DNA of 64,000 nucleotides from Eledone cirrhosa (lineage: Eukaryota): contig OZ024742.1 in assembly GCA_964016885.1 (NCBI GenBank), positions 356,748,001 to 356,812,000 of the forward strand, read 5' to 3'. This document shows positions 1 through 12,290 of the stretch, in pieces. Position numbers and translations under genes: made by a program. The notes under the pieces are model-generated. The model was given only the letters and a program-made list of their open reading frames with translations, did not search any database and had not been told where the DNA came from. The stretch's first letter is position 1; each line of letters begins with the position of its first letter.

Positions 1-55
1 TGACTATAATTAAATAAACATCTCTACCTTCCATCCTCCTTCCAAATATACAGTT

Positions 56-122
56 CTGCTGGAAGGAGTACTTGAGGACTCTTTTCCCGTGACCCTCCCA
101 GATAGAGTGAGCAAAGAAGAAG
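56..122 (+). mobile_element. Very short 3' end of an RTE-like LINE with (GAA) tail, same family as 25550-25902
   Basis: ctgctggaaggagtacttgaggactct...caaagaagaag matches ccgctggaaggagtgtttgaggactct...caaagaagagg at ~25802-25872. Flanked by an imperfect direct repeat acatct(ct)accttcc at 18-43 and 123-147 (possible TSD). Confidence 0.55.
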
Positions 123-269
123 ACATCTACCTTCCCCATCTCTTCCTTACTTTCAGACAAAGGACAAAGACTCGATAGAAATTACTGACATCTATGCATA
201 TCCCCCACCCTTTTTTTAAACTTTCACTTTAAGAAAAATAACAACAGCTGCTTTTTTAGTGCTGACTGC

Positions 270-498
270 TTAACCCTTTAGCATTTACATTACTCTATAT
301 ATACTATTGTATTTTCATGGTAAAGGCTTTACCTCATATAATTATCTCACATAATATCGAATCTATGAGATTTTGATATTATTTATTTTGAGAACAATAC
401 CTTAACATCAGTATGAGCGGGTGGTTACAGCCGGTTTGAACAGAAAGAGGTGAGAGAATTCTGGCTGGATATGGCCAGTTTAAATGTTAAAGGGTTAA
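270..498. mobile_element. piggyBac-type MITE (TTAA target, CCC...GGG termini)
   Basis: Left end TTAA-CCCTTTAGCATTTA, right end TAAATGTTAAAGGG-TTAA: inverted repeat with 1 mismatch, non-coding interior. Confidence 0.75.
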
Positions 499-574
499 AT
501 GAAATAAGCACAATTGTTACCCAGTGATATATGTCCCAACAATGTAGGAAAATGCTTTCTGGTGTGCAGAACCT

Positions 575-805
575 TATGTACAATAGAATAGAGAAAGTGT
601 TACCCTGGAAGTTAGGGAGGGAGAAACATTGAAATAACCTTTCCAAAACATTGGGTTCACTTACATGGGTGCCAACTCAACCCTGATAAGAGTGAGTACA
701 GAGGTGGTATGGAAACCAAGAATTCCAGAAGTCTCCACCACTATAGGTTCAATGATAAATCCACCAGAAAGCAGCCAATCATTTGACAGCTTGCAATCCT
801 TAGAT
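575..805 (-). mobile_element. Decayed 3' fragment of a CRE-like non-LTR retrotransposon (restriction-like endonuclease C-terminus)
   Basis: Minus-strand translation GGFIIEPIVVETSGILGFHTTS...(frameshift)...LERLFQCFSLPNFQGNTFSIL resembles the CRE-clade motif F.P.A.ET.G..G...FQR.S....GN. Homologous to 10350-10572 and 12100-12290. Confidence 0.6.
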
Positions 806-1300
806 TATTGGGCAAGGAAACCCGGAACTTGATAAATGCCCCAGGATGTATTCTTATCATTAAGTGGCTTGATAGGATTTGAAAATGCAATACTTATCAT
901 GTGAGAAGGCACAAGGTGAAGATAGTGAAAACTGCTGAACTGCAAACTTATCTCTAACACTGAGAAGACATGAAAACTTGAATGCGATAACATTGTTGAT
1001 GATATTTCAGGATGTCAAAGCAACAAAATTCTCTACTTTACTGAGTGATATCAGAATTGGTTGGGAAACTATTTGTGAGATATTAATGACCTGACAAAGA
1101 TAAAATGTTTCTCTTCTAAGCCCTTATAATAGATGGAAATATAATATTTTCCATTTCCTAAGCTTTATAAATATAAGGATGCAGAAATCTGAAATGTTCA
1201 TATCTTTATAAAAGGGTGGTATCAATATCCTTAAAGAGACTTTACAACAGAGAATTCCATTAACTGAAAACTTACCATTGTTTTACCTGCCTAGAAAATA

Positions 1301-1460
1301 GGATTTGCTGAATTGTTGGAGTGTTATACGAAATGACTTGTATTTGTTGTGGCTCCTTACATTCTGAGATCAAATCCTACCTAGGTCAACTTTGCTTTTT
1401 CAGTGTTAATAAGTACCAGCCAAGTACAGGGGTTGATATAATTAACTATATTGGTCTTTC
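1301..1460 (+). mobile_element. Degenerate tRNA-derived SINE copy
   Basis: ggatttgctgaattgttgg (A-box region), ctgagatcaaatcc (B-box), ggtcaactttgctttt...taagtaccag (central domain); colinear with 11909-12099. Confidence 0.65.
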
Positions 1461-1513
1461 AAATGTGGGGTATTAAGCTTATGTGATGAAACTTTATGGT
1501 AAGATGATGGATT

Positions 1514-4500
1514 GCAGTGGATTTGCAGAATCATTAGACCATCGGACAAAAGGCTTTACAACACAGTTAGACCATCGGACAAAAGGCTTTACAACACAGT
1601 TAGACCATCGGACAAAAGGCTTTACAACACAGTTAGACCATCGGACAAAAGGCTTTACAACAAAGTTAGTCCAGTGAACAAAAGGCTTTACAACAAAGTT
1701 ACACCATTGAACAAAAGGCTTTACAACAAAGTTAGACCAGTGAACAAAAGGCTTTACAACAAAGTTAGACCAGTGAACAAAAGGCTTTACAACAAAGTTA
1801 GACCAGTGAACAAAAGGCTTTACAACAAAGTTAGACCAGTGAACAAAAGGCTTTACAACAAAGTTAGACCAGTGAACAAAAGGCTTTACAACAAAGTTAG
1901 ACCAGTGAACAAAAGGCTTTACAACAAAGTTAGACCAGTGAACAAAAGGCTTTACAACAAAGTTAGACCAGTGAACAAAAGGCTTTACAACAAAGTTAGA
2001 CCAGTGAACAAAAGGCTTTACAACAAAGTTAGACCAGTGAACAAAAGGCTTTACAACAAAGTTAGTCCAGTGAACAAAAGGCTTTACAACAAAGTTAGAC
2101 CAGTGAACAAAAGGCTTTACAACAAAGTTAGACCAGTGAACAAAAGGCTTTACAACAAAGTTAGTCCAGTGAACAAAAGGCTTTACAACAAAGTTAGACC
2201 AGTGAACAAAAGGCTTTACAACAAAGTTAGTCCAGTGAACAAAAGGCTTTACAACAAAGTTAGACCAGTGAACAAAAGGCTTTACAACAAAGTTAGACCA
2301 GTGAACAAAAGGCTTTACAACAAAGTTAGTCCAGTGAACAAAAGGCTTTACAACAAAGTTAGTCCAGTGAACAAAAGGCTTTACAACAAAGTTAGACCAG
2401 TGAACAAAAGGCTTTACAACAAAGTTAGTCCAGTGAACAAAAGGCTTTACAACAAAGTTAGTCCAGTGAACAAAAGGCTTTACAACAAAGTTAGACCATT
2501 GAAAAAAAGGCTTTACAACAAAGTTAGTCCAGTGAACAAAAGGCTTTACAACAAAGTTAGACCATTGAACAAAAGGCTTTACAACAAAGTTAGTCCAGTG
2601 AACAAAAGGCTTTACAACAAAGTTAGACCATTGGACAAAAGGCTTTACAACAAAGTTAGACCATTGGACAAAAGGTTTTACAACAAAGTTAGACCATTGA
2701 ACAAAGGCTTTACAACAAAGTTAGACCATTGGACAAAAGGCTGTACAACAAAGTTAGAGCATTGAACAAAAGGCTTTACAACAAAGTTAGACCATTGAAC
2801 AAAAGGCTTTACAACAAAGTTAGTCCAGTGAACAAAAGGCTTTACAACAAAGTTAGACCATTGAACAAAAGGCTTTACAACAAAGTTAGTCCAGTGAACA
2901 AAAGGCTTTACAACAAAGTTAGACCATTGAACAAAAGGCTTTACAACAAAGTTAGACCATTGGACAAAGGCTTTACAACAGAGTTAGACCATTGGACAAA
3001 AGGCTTTACAACAAAGTTAGACCATTGGACAAAAGGCTTTACAACAAAGTTAGACCATTGAACAAAAGGCTTTACAACAAAGTTAGTCCAGTGAACAAAA
3101 GGCTTTACAACAAAGTTAGACCATTGAACAAAAGGCTTTACAAGAAAGTTAGACCAATGAACGAAGGCTTTACAACAAAGTTAGACCATTGGACAAAAGG
3201 CTTTACAACAAAGTTAGACCATTGAACAAAGGCTTTACAACAAAGTTAAACCATTGGACAAAAGGCTTTACAACAAAGTTAGACCATTGAACAAAAGGCT
3301 TTACACCAAAGTTAGAACATTGAACAAAGGCTTTACAACAACGTTAGACCATTGGACAAAAGGCTTTACAACAAAGTTAGCCAATTGAACAAAAGGCTTT
3401 ACAAGAAAGTTAGACCATTGAACAAAGGCTTTACAACAAAGTTAGACCATTGGACAAAAGGCTTTACAACAAAGTTAGACCATTGAACAAAAAGCTTTAC
3501 AACAAAGTTAGACCATTGAACAAAAGGCTTTACAACAAAGTTAGACCATTGGACAAAAGGATTTACAACAAAGTTAGACCATTGAACAAAGGCTTTACAA
3601 CAAAGTTAGACCATTGGACAAAAGGCTTTACAACAAAGTTAGACCATTGAACAAAGGCTTTACAACAAAGTTAGACCATTGAACAAATGGCTTTACAACA
3701 AAGTTAGACCATTGAACAAAGGCTTTACAACAAAGTTAGACAATTGAACAAAAGGCTTTACAACAAAGTTAGACCATTGAACAAAGGCTTTACAACAAAG
3801 TTAGACCATTGGACAAAAGGATTTACAACAAAGTTAGACCATTGAACAAAGGCTTTACAACAAAGTTAGACCATTGAACAAAAAGTTTTACAACAAAGTT
3901 AGACCATTGAACAAAAGGCTTTACAACAAAGTTAGACCATTGAACAAAAGGCTTTACAACAAAGTTAGACCATTGAACAAAGGATTTACAACAAAGTTAG
4001 ACCATTGGACAAAAGGCTTTACAACAAAGTTAGACCATTGAACAAAGGCTTTACAACAAAGTTAGACCATTGGACAAAAGGCTTTACAACAAAGTTAGAC
4101 CAATGAACAAAAGGCTTTACAACAAAGTTACACCATTGAACAAAAGGCTTTACAACAAAGTTAGACCATTGAACAAAAGGCTTTACAACAAAGTTAGACC
4201 ATTGAACAAATGGCGTTACAACAAAGTTAGACCACTGGACAAAAGGCTTTACAACAAAGTTACACCATTGAACAAAAGGCTTTACAACAGAGTTAGACCA
4301 TTGAACAAAAGGCTTTACAACAAAGTTAGACCATTGGACAAAAGGCTTTACAACAAAGTTAGACCATTGAACAAAAGGCTTTACAACAAAGTTAGACCAT
4401 TGAACAAAAGGCTTTACAACAAAGTTAGACCATTGGACAAAAGGCTTTACAACAAAGTTAGACCATTGAACAAAAGGCTTTACAACAAAGTTAGACCATT

Positions 4501-7500
4501 GAACAAAAGGCTTTGCAACACAGTTAGACCAGTGAACAAAAGGCTTTACAACAGAGTTAGACCATTGAACAAAAGGCTTTACAACAAAGTTAGACCATTG
4601 GACAAAAGGCTTTACAACAAAGTTAGACCATTGAACAAAAGGCTTTACAACAGAGTTAGACCATTGAACAAAAGGCTTTACAACAGAGTTAGAACATTGA
4701 ACAAAAGGCTTTACAACAGATTTAGACCATTGGACAAAAGGCTTTACAACAAAGTTAGACCATTGGACAAAAGGCTTTACAACAAAGTTAGACCATTGAA
4801 CAAAAGGCTTTACAACAAAGTTAGACCATTGAACAAAAGGCTTTACAACAAAGTTAGACCATTGGACAAAAGGCTTTACAACAAAGTTAGACCATTGGAC
4901 AAAAGTCTTTACAACAGAGTTAGACCATTGAACAAAAGGCTTTACAACAGAGTTAGACCATTGAACAAAAGGCTTTACAACAAAGTTAGACCATTGGACA
5001 AAATGCTTTACAACAAAGTTAGACCATTGAACAAAAGGCTTTACAACAAAGTTAGACCATTGAACAAAAGGCTTTACAACAAAGTTAGACCTTTGAACAA
5101 AAGGCTTTACAACAAAGTTAGACCATTGGACAAGAGGCTTTACAACAAAGTTAGACCATTGGACAAAAGGCTTTACAACAAAGTTAGACCATTGGACAAA
5201 AGGCTTTACAACAGAGTTAGACCATTGAACAAAAGGCTTTACAACAGAGTTAGACCATTGAACAAAAGGCTTTACAACAGAGTTAGACCATTGGACAAAA
5301 GGCTTTACAACAAAATTAGACCATTGAACAAAAGGCTTTACAACAGCGTTAGACCATTGAACAAAAGGCTTTACAACAAAGTTAGACCATTGAACAAAAG
5401 GCTTTACAACAGAGTTAGACCATTGAACAAAAGGCTTTACAACAGAGTTAGACCATTGGACAAAAGGCTTTACAACAAAATTAGACCATTGAACAAAAGG
5501 CTTTACAACAGCGTTAGACCATTGAACAAAATGCTTTACAACAAAGTTAGATCATTGAACAAAAGGCTTTACAACAGAGTTAGACCATTGAACAAAAGGC
5601 TTTACAACAGAGTTAGACCATTGAACAAAAGGCTTTACAACAGAGTTAGACCATTGGACAAAAGGCTTTACAACAAAATTAGACCATTGAACAAAAGGCT
5701 TTACAACAGCGTTAGACCATTGGACAAAATGTTTTGCAGCAGAGTTAGACCATTGAACAAAAGGCTTTACAACAGAGTTAGACCATTGGACAAAAGGCTT
5801 TACAACAAAATTAGACCATTGAACAAAAGGCTTTACAACAGCGTTAGACCATTGAACAAAAGGCTTTACAACAAAGTTAGACCATTGAACAAAAGGCTTT
5901 ACAACAGAGTTAGACCATTGAATAAAAGGCTTTACAACAGAGTTAGACCATTGGACAAAAGGCTTTACAACAAAATTAGACCATTGAACAAAAGGCTTTA
6001 CAACAGCGTTAGACCATTGAACAAAAGGCTTTACAACAAAGTTAGACCATTGAACAAAAGGCTTTACAACAGAGTTAGACCATTGAACAAAAGGCTTTAC
6101 AACAGAGTTAGACCATTGGACAAAAGGCTTTACAACAAAATTAGACCATTGAACAAAAGGCTTTACAACAGCGTTAGACCATTGAACAAAAGGCTTTACA
6201 ACAAAGTTAGACCATTGGACAAAAGGCTTTACAACAGAGTTAGACAATTGAACAAAAGGCTTTACAACAGAGTTAGACCATTGGACAAAAGGCTTTACAA
6301 CAGAGTTAGACCATTGAACAAAAGGCTTTACAACAGAGTTAGACCATTGAACAAAAGGCTTTACAACAGAGTTAGACCATTGGACAAAAGGCTTTACAAC
6401 AGCGTTAGACCATTGAACAAAAGGCTTTACAACAAAGTTAGACCATTGGACAAAAGGCTTTACAACAGAGTTAGACCATTGAACAAAAGGCTTTACAACA
6501 AAGTTAGACCATTGGACAAAAGGCTTTACAACAGAGTTAGACCATTGAACAAAAGGCTTTACAACAGAGTTAGACCATTGGACAAAAGGCTTTACAACAG
6601 AGTTAGACCATTGGACAAAAAGCTTTACAACAGCGTTAGACCATTGAACAAAAGGCTTTACAACAAAGTTAGACCATTGAACAAAAGGCTTTACAACAAA
6701 GTTAGACCATTGAACAAATGGCGTTACAACAAAGTTAGACCACTGGACAAAAGGCTTTACAACAGCGTTAGACCATTGGACAAAATGTTTTGCAGCAGAG
6801 TTAGACCATTGAACAAAAGGCTTTACAACAAAGTTAGACCATTGGACAAAAGGCTTTACAACAGAGTTAGACCATTGAACAAAAGGCTTTACAACAGAGT
6901 TAGACCATTGGACAAAAGGCTTTACAACAGAGTTAGACCATTGGACAAAAGGCTTTACAACAAAGTTAGACCATTGAACAAAAGGCTTTACAACAAAGTT
7001 AGACCATTGAACAAAGGCTTTACAACAAAGTTAGACCATTGGACAAAAGGCTTTACAACAAAGTTAGACCATTGAACAAAGGCTTTACAACAAAGTTAGA
7101 CCATTGGACAAAAGGCTTTACAACAAAGTTAGACCAATGAACAAAAGGCTTTACAACAAAGTTACACCATTGAACAAAAGGCTTTACAACAAAGTTAGAC
7201 CATTGAACAAAAGGCTTTACAACAAAGTTAGACCATTGAACAAATGGCGTTACAACAAAGTTAGACCACTGGACAAAAGGCTTTACAACAAAGTTACACC
7301 ATTGAACAAAAGGCTTTACAACAGAGTTAGACCATTGAACAAAAGGCTTTACAACAAAGTTAGACCATTGGACAAAAGGCTTTACAACAAAGTTAGACCA
7401 TTGAACAAAATGCTTTACAACAAAGTTAGACCATTGAACAAAAGGCTTTACAACAAAGTTAGACCATTGGACAAAAGGCTTTACAACAAAGTTAGACCAT

Positions 7501-10145
7501 TGAACAAAAGGCTTTACAACAAAGTTAGACCATTGAACAAAAGGCTTTGCAACACAGTTAGACCAGTGAACAAAAGGCTTTACAACAGAGTTAGACCATT
7601 GAACAAAAGGCTTTACAACAAAGTTAGACCATTGGACAAAAGGCTTTACAACAAAGTTAGACCATTGAACAAAAGGCTTTACAACAGAGTTAGACCATTG
7701 AACAAAAGGCTTTACAACAGAGTTAGAACATTGAACAAAAGGCTTTACAACAGATTTAGACCATTGGAAAAAGGCTTTACAACAAAGTTAGACCATTGGA
7801 CAAAAGGCTTTACAACAATGTTAGACCATTGAACAAAAGGCTTTACAACAAAGTTAGACCATTGAACAAAAGGCTTTACAACAAAGTTAGACCATTGGAC
7901 AAAAGGCTTTACAACAAAGTTAGACCATTGGACAAAAGGCTTTACAACAGAGTTAGACCATTGAACAAAAGGCTTTACAACAGAGTTAGACCATTGAACA
8001 AAAGGCTTTACAACAAAGTTAGACCATTGGACAAAAGGCTTTACAACAAAGTTAGACCATTGAACAAAAGGCTTTACAACAAAGTTAGACCATTGAACAA
8101 AAGGCTTTACAACAAAGTTAGACCTTTGAACAAAAGGCTTTACAACAAAGTTAGACCATTGGACAAGAGGCTTTACAACAAAGTTAGACCATTGGACAAA
8201 AGGCTTTACAACAGAGTTAGACCATTGAACAAAAGGCTTTACAACAGAGTTAGACCATTGAACAAAAGGCTTTACAACAAAGTTAGACCATTGGACAAAA
8301 GGCTTTACAACAAAGTTAGACCATTGAACAAAAGGCTTTACAACAAAGTTAGACCATTGAACAAAAGGCTTTACAACAAAGTTAGACCTTTGAACAAAAG
8401 GCTTTACAACAAAGTTAGACCATTGGACAAGAGGCTTTACAACAAAGTTAGACCATTGGACAAAAGGCTTTACAACAAAGTTAGACCATTGGACAAAAGG
8501 CTTTACAACAGAGTTAGACCATTGAACAAAAGGCTTTACAACAGAGTTAGACCATTGAACAAAAGGCTTTACAACAGAGTTAGACCATTGGACAAAAGGC
8601 TTTACAACAAAATTAGACCATTGAACAAAAGGCTTTACAACAGCGTTAGACCATTGAACAAAAGGCTTTACAACAAAGTTAGACCATTGAACAAAAGGCT
8701 TTACAACAGAGTTAGACCATTGAACAAAAGGCTTTACAACAGAGTTAGACCATTGAACAAAAGGCTTTACAACAGAGTTAGACCATTGGACAAAAGGCTT
8801 TACAACAAAATTAGACCATTGAACAAAAGGCTTTACAACAGCGTTAGACCATTGGACAAAATGTTTTGCAGCAGAGTTAGACCATTGAACAAAAGGCTTT
8901 ACAACAGAGTTAGAGCATTGGACAAAAGGCTTTACAACAAAATTAGACCATTGAACAAAAGGCTTTACAACAGCGTTAGACCATTGAACAAAAGGCTTTA
9001 CAACAAAGTTAGGCCATTGAACAAAAGGCTTTACAACAGAGTTAGACCATTGAACAAAAGGCTTTACAACAGAGTTAGACCATTGGACAAAAGGCTTTAC
9101 AACAAAATTAGACCATTGAACAAAAGGCTTTACAACAGCGTTAGACCATTGAACAAAAGGCTTTACAACAAAGTTAGACCATTGAACAAAAGGCTTTACA
9201 ACAAAGTTAAACCATTGAACAAAAGGCTTTACAACAAAGTTAGGCCATTGAACAAAAGGCTTTACAACAAAGTTAGACCATTGAACAAAAGGCTTTACAA
9301 CAAAGTTAGACCATTGAACAAAAGGCTTTACAACAAAGTTAGACCATTGAACAAAAGGCTTTACAACAAAGTTAGACCATTGAACAAAAGGCTTTACAAC
9401 AAAGTTAGAACATTGAACAAAAGGCTTTACAACAAAGTTAGACCATTGAACAAAAGGCTTTACAACAGCGTTAGACCATTGAACAAAAGGCTTTACAACA
9501 AAGTTAGACCATTGAACAAAAGGCTTTACAACAAAGTTAGACCATTGAACAAAAGGCTTTACAACAGAGTTAGACCATTGAACAAAAGGCTTTACAACAG
9601 AGTTAGACCATTGGACAAAAGGCTTTACAACAAAGTTAGACCATTGGACAAAAGGCTTTACAACAAAGTTAGACCATTGAACAAAAGGCTTTACAACAAA
9701 GTTAGAACATTGAACAAAAGGCTTTACAACAAAGTTAGACCATTGAACAAAAGGCTTTACAACAGAGTTAGACCATTGAACAAAAGGCTTTACAACAAAA
9801 TTAGACCATTGAACAAAAGGCTTTACAACAAAGTTAGACCATTGGACAAAAGGCTTTACAACAGAGTTAGACCATTGAACAAAAGGCTTTACAACAAAAT
9901 TAGACCATTGAACAAAAGGCTTTACAACAGAGTTAGACCATTGAACAAAAGGCTTTACAACAAAATTAGACCATTGAACAAAAGGCTTTACAACAGAGTT
10001 AGACCATTGGACAAAAGGCTTTACAACAAAATTAGACCATTGAACAAAAGGCTTTACAACAGCGTTAGACCATTGGACAAAATGTTTTGCAGCAGTAGTC
10101 AAATCCTACTTTGGTCAACTTTCCCTTTTATCCTTCTGGGATAAT
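1514..10145 (+). mobile_element. SINE copy split by an internal 8.5-kb satellite expansion
   Basis: Head gcagtggatttgcagaatcattag at 1514-1537 runs into the array. After the last unit the SINE resumes as tagtcaaatcctactttggtcaactttcccttttatccttctggg (10096-10140; B-box remnant plus central domain). Confidence 0.75.
1533..10095 (+). repeat. 33-bp tandem satellite, consensus GTTAGACCATTGAACAAAAGGCTTTACAACAAA, ~260 units
   Basis: Periodicity directly visible; translates as the 11-aa repeat VRPLNKRLYNK; occasional 32-bp units shift the frame. Confidence 0.98.
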
Positions 10146-10349
10146 AATATGATGACTGTAAACCTCAGACAAGTTTCCAAAGCAATGAAATATGGAAATA
10201 AAAGGTTGATACTGATGAATTACTGTAAACCTTAGGCTAGGTTTAAACTGAGAACTTTCATTTCTGATGCAAAATCTACTGTATATAACAACTATTGTTG
10301 TCTTATAAGTGTGTGTGTTCTCTCTCTTTCACTCATTGCCTCCATCTCT

Positions 10350-10572
10350 CACTATTATTAACAAATTGGGGTCCATGGCTGCCCCATGGCTCCAGTGGAC
10401 AGAAATTAGAGGGTGTTTTCCAGGTGGATGGTGAAGGAGAGGCATTGGAAGAAGCATTCCAGCTTGCAAGGCTCACAGCTGTGAGTAGCCAACACCATGC
10501 CCATTGTGGTGGGTAGGGAGGTGGTCATAGGTCCAAGAACACCAGAGGTCTCCACTGCTACAGGCTCTACTG
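10350..10572 (-). mobile_element. 3' fragment of a CRE-like non-LTR retrotransposon
   Basis: Minus-strand translation VEPVAVETSGVLGPMTTSLPTTMGMVLATHSCEPCKLECFFQCLSFTIHLENTL*FLSTG, ending in an (AAT)-like tail next to a CT-rich tract. A ~40-bp piece is repeated at 10603-10643. Confidence 0.7.
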
Positions 10573-11202
10573 CAATAATATTTATAGTAGAATTTATAGA
10601 GAGGGGTTCCTAGGTCCAAGTACACCAGAAGTCTCCACTGCTAAAATATTGTCACTGTAAACCAATATGTCACAGTTCTTTACTAGAATTATTAGTTAAA
10701 TTCGAAAATATGTACACTACTATTATTAACTGTAGCAAAGAACATATTGATTGTGTTTTCAATTCGTTCTATATCTGCTGCTTCTTTGATTTTTTTTAAT
10801 TTCCCTGTGGTGTTAACCCTACAATGACACAATCAATGATTTCTCTTTTCACATTACCACCACCATATTTATTCTTATTTTTTCATATCACCATTGTTAA
10901 ATTATGGTATTGTTGGTAGCAAAGTTACAATGAGTGAATTATTAATTCATCATATTTCTAATGGTAAAAGTTGCAAGAGATATGACTAACTCAAACAAGA
11001 CAAATATCACATCTGACTCGATTTATAGAACACTGGTTTTAGTTTCCACATGAATATTTCCATATTTTGCAGATGTACATCAATTCATACAAACATGAAT
11101 ACATACACACACACACACTCATACATATGTAGATCTTGAGTGAAATCAGAGGTAATGACAGTTAAAAAGGTACTAAATACATTAGAAGAGTGTAAACATT
11201 AT

Positions 11203-11317
11203 TTTTTATAGAAATTGCTCCTACAGGACTAGAACTATTTCATTTGTATGAAAGCATCTAATGATTTCATATGAATGAAACAGTTCTAGTCCTGTAGAAG
11301 CCATTTATATATTAAAT
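11203..11317. repeat. Long near-perfect palindrome (~115 bp), possibly an inverted Penelope-like remnant
   Basis: gctcctacaggactagaactatttcatttgtatgaaagcat is the reverse complement of atgatttcatatgaatgaaacagttctagtcctgtagaagc with ~5 mismatches and a 3-nt spacer. Confidence 0.85.
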
Positions 11318-11364
11318 ATTGATATCTATCTATCTATGATGATAAGGAAGATAGAAGCTCGATG

Positions 11365-11655
11365 CAGGGTTGGATTTAGACCGAGTGGTAGGGGGCACTT
11401 CAGGTTTGAGGGGCTCTTCATACATGAAATATTAGAATACACAGCAAACCCTCCAGTTTTACATATCAAAGTTAACTTGGCACAAGTAATTAGAATTGAC
11501 GTTATACATACAGATATTAAATTCAAAAATTCTAACCATCCTAAAACTAAAAAGGCCATCTGGGGGCACAAATATATTGCTACGGCTGATGGGACCACTC
11601 ACTGCAGGGGTCCCAGGGATATTACCCCCTTTGCCCCCTATTATATCAGGACCTG
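11365..11655. mobile_element. Probable hAT-type MITE
   Basis: Termini CAGGGTTGGATTTA...agggggca and tgcccccta TTATATCAGGACCTG form imperfect inverted repeats with G/C-rich subterminal motifs. The 8-bp flanks (gctcgatg / ggcttatg) match only weakly. Confidence 0.45.
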
Positions 11656-11908
11656 GGCTTATGTGGTGCTGTACTAATTATTTATCATCTTTTCATTTTG
11701 TCTGATACTGCCAACAAAGAGCTTGAGTTGTTAAATATACTGATAACCTTGTGTGGTGGAAGTCTTGTTGCTTTGAAGATTGAGACAGTAAATCAGTAGT
11801 AAAGTATTTTGATAATTTGCCAAGTAAACTTCTTCAGCAATGTTGATATAGTCACCGCCTCTGTCTCTCTTGCTCTCCCCATCTCTCTCTATTATAAGCC
11901 AAATGGTT

Positions 11909-12099
11909 AGGGCGGTGGATTGGCAGTATTGGTCGAGGGTCAGACACCATGATTTGCAGCAAAGAGTTATGTCCCTTTATGGTTTGAGTTCAAATCCCGC
12001 CGAGGTTTACTTTGCCCTTTATCCTTACGGGGTCGATAACATAAAGTACCAGTAATACACTGGGATAATTGCTGGCCTTGCACCAAAAAGTAGAAACAA
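11909..12099 (+). mobile_element. Full-length tRNA-derived SINE with target-site duplication (reference copy for both satellites)
   Basis: A-box-like TGGCAGTATTGG, B-box GAGTTCAAATCC, central ctttgccctttatccttacggggtcgataacataaagtacc (resembles the Meta-domain type), 3' gctggccttgcaccaaaaagtagaaac. TSD ctattataagccaa at 11889-11902 and 12100-12113. Confidence 0.88.
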
Positions 12100-12290
12100 C
12101 TATTATAAGCCAATGGGAGCCTACACACTGGCCACACCCTGGCCCCAGTGGACAGAATAGAGAAGGCATTTCCCTGGAGGATGGGGAGGGAGATGCATTG
12201 GAAGAGCCATTGCAGCTGTGGGTAGCCAACTCTGTGCTGCTGGTGGTGAGTAGGGAGGTGGTCCTAGGGTCAAGGACACCAGAAGTCTCC
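12100..12290 (-). mobile_element. 3' fragment of a CRE-like element, interrupted at its tail by the SINE
   Basis: Minus-strand ETSGVLDPRTTSLLTTSSTELATHSC; clear nucleotide similarity to 10370-10555 (ccagtggacagaa...gcattggaaga...acaccagaagtctcc). Confidence 0.65.

Noticed and set aside
905-1120. Possible very decayed mariner transposase fragment
   Set aside because: Only a vague resemblance (ENLNA...IGWETICEIL) with stops; not supportable without a search.
1533-10095. CRISPR array (33-bp repeat length)
   Set aside because: Units are directly adjacent with no unique spacers, there are no cas genes, and the context is eukaryotic.
1483-10144. Long ORFs (417, 1001, 782 and 785 aa) of VRPLNKRLYNK or VVKPFVQWSNF repeats as a basic repetitive protein
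   Set aside because: A stop-free 33-bp unit gives ORFs automatically on both strands. 32-bp units frameshift freely, and the unit is SINE-derived.
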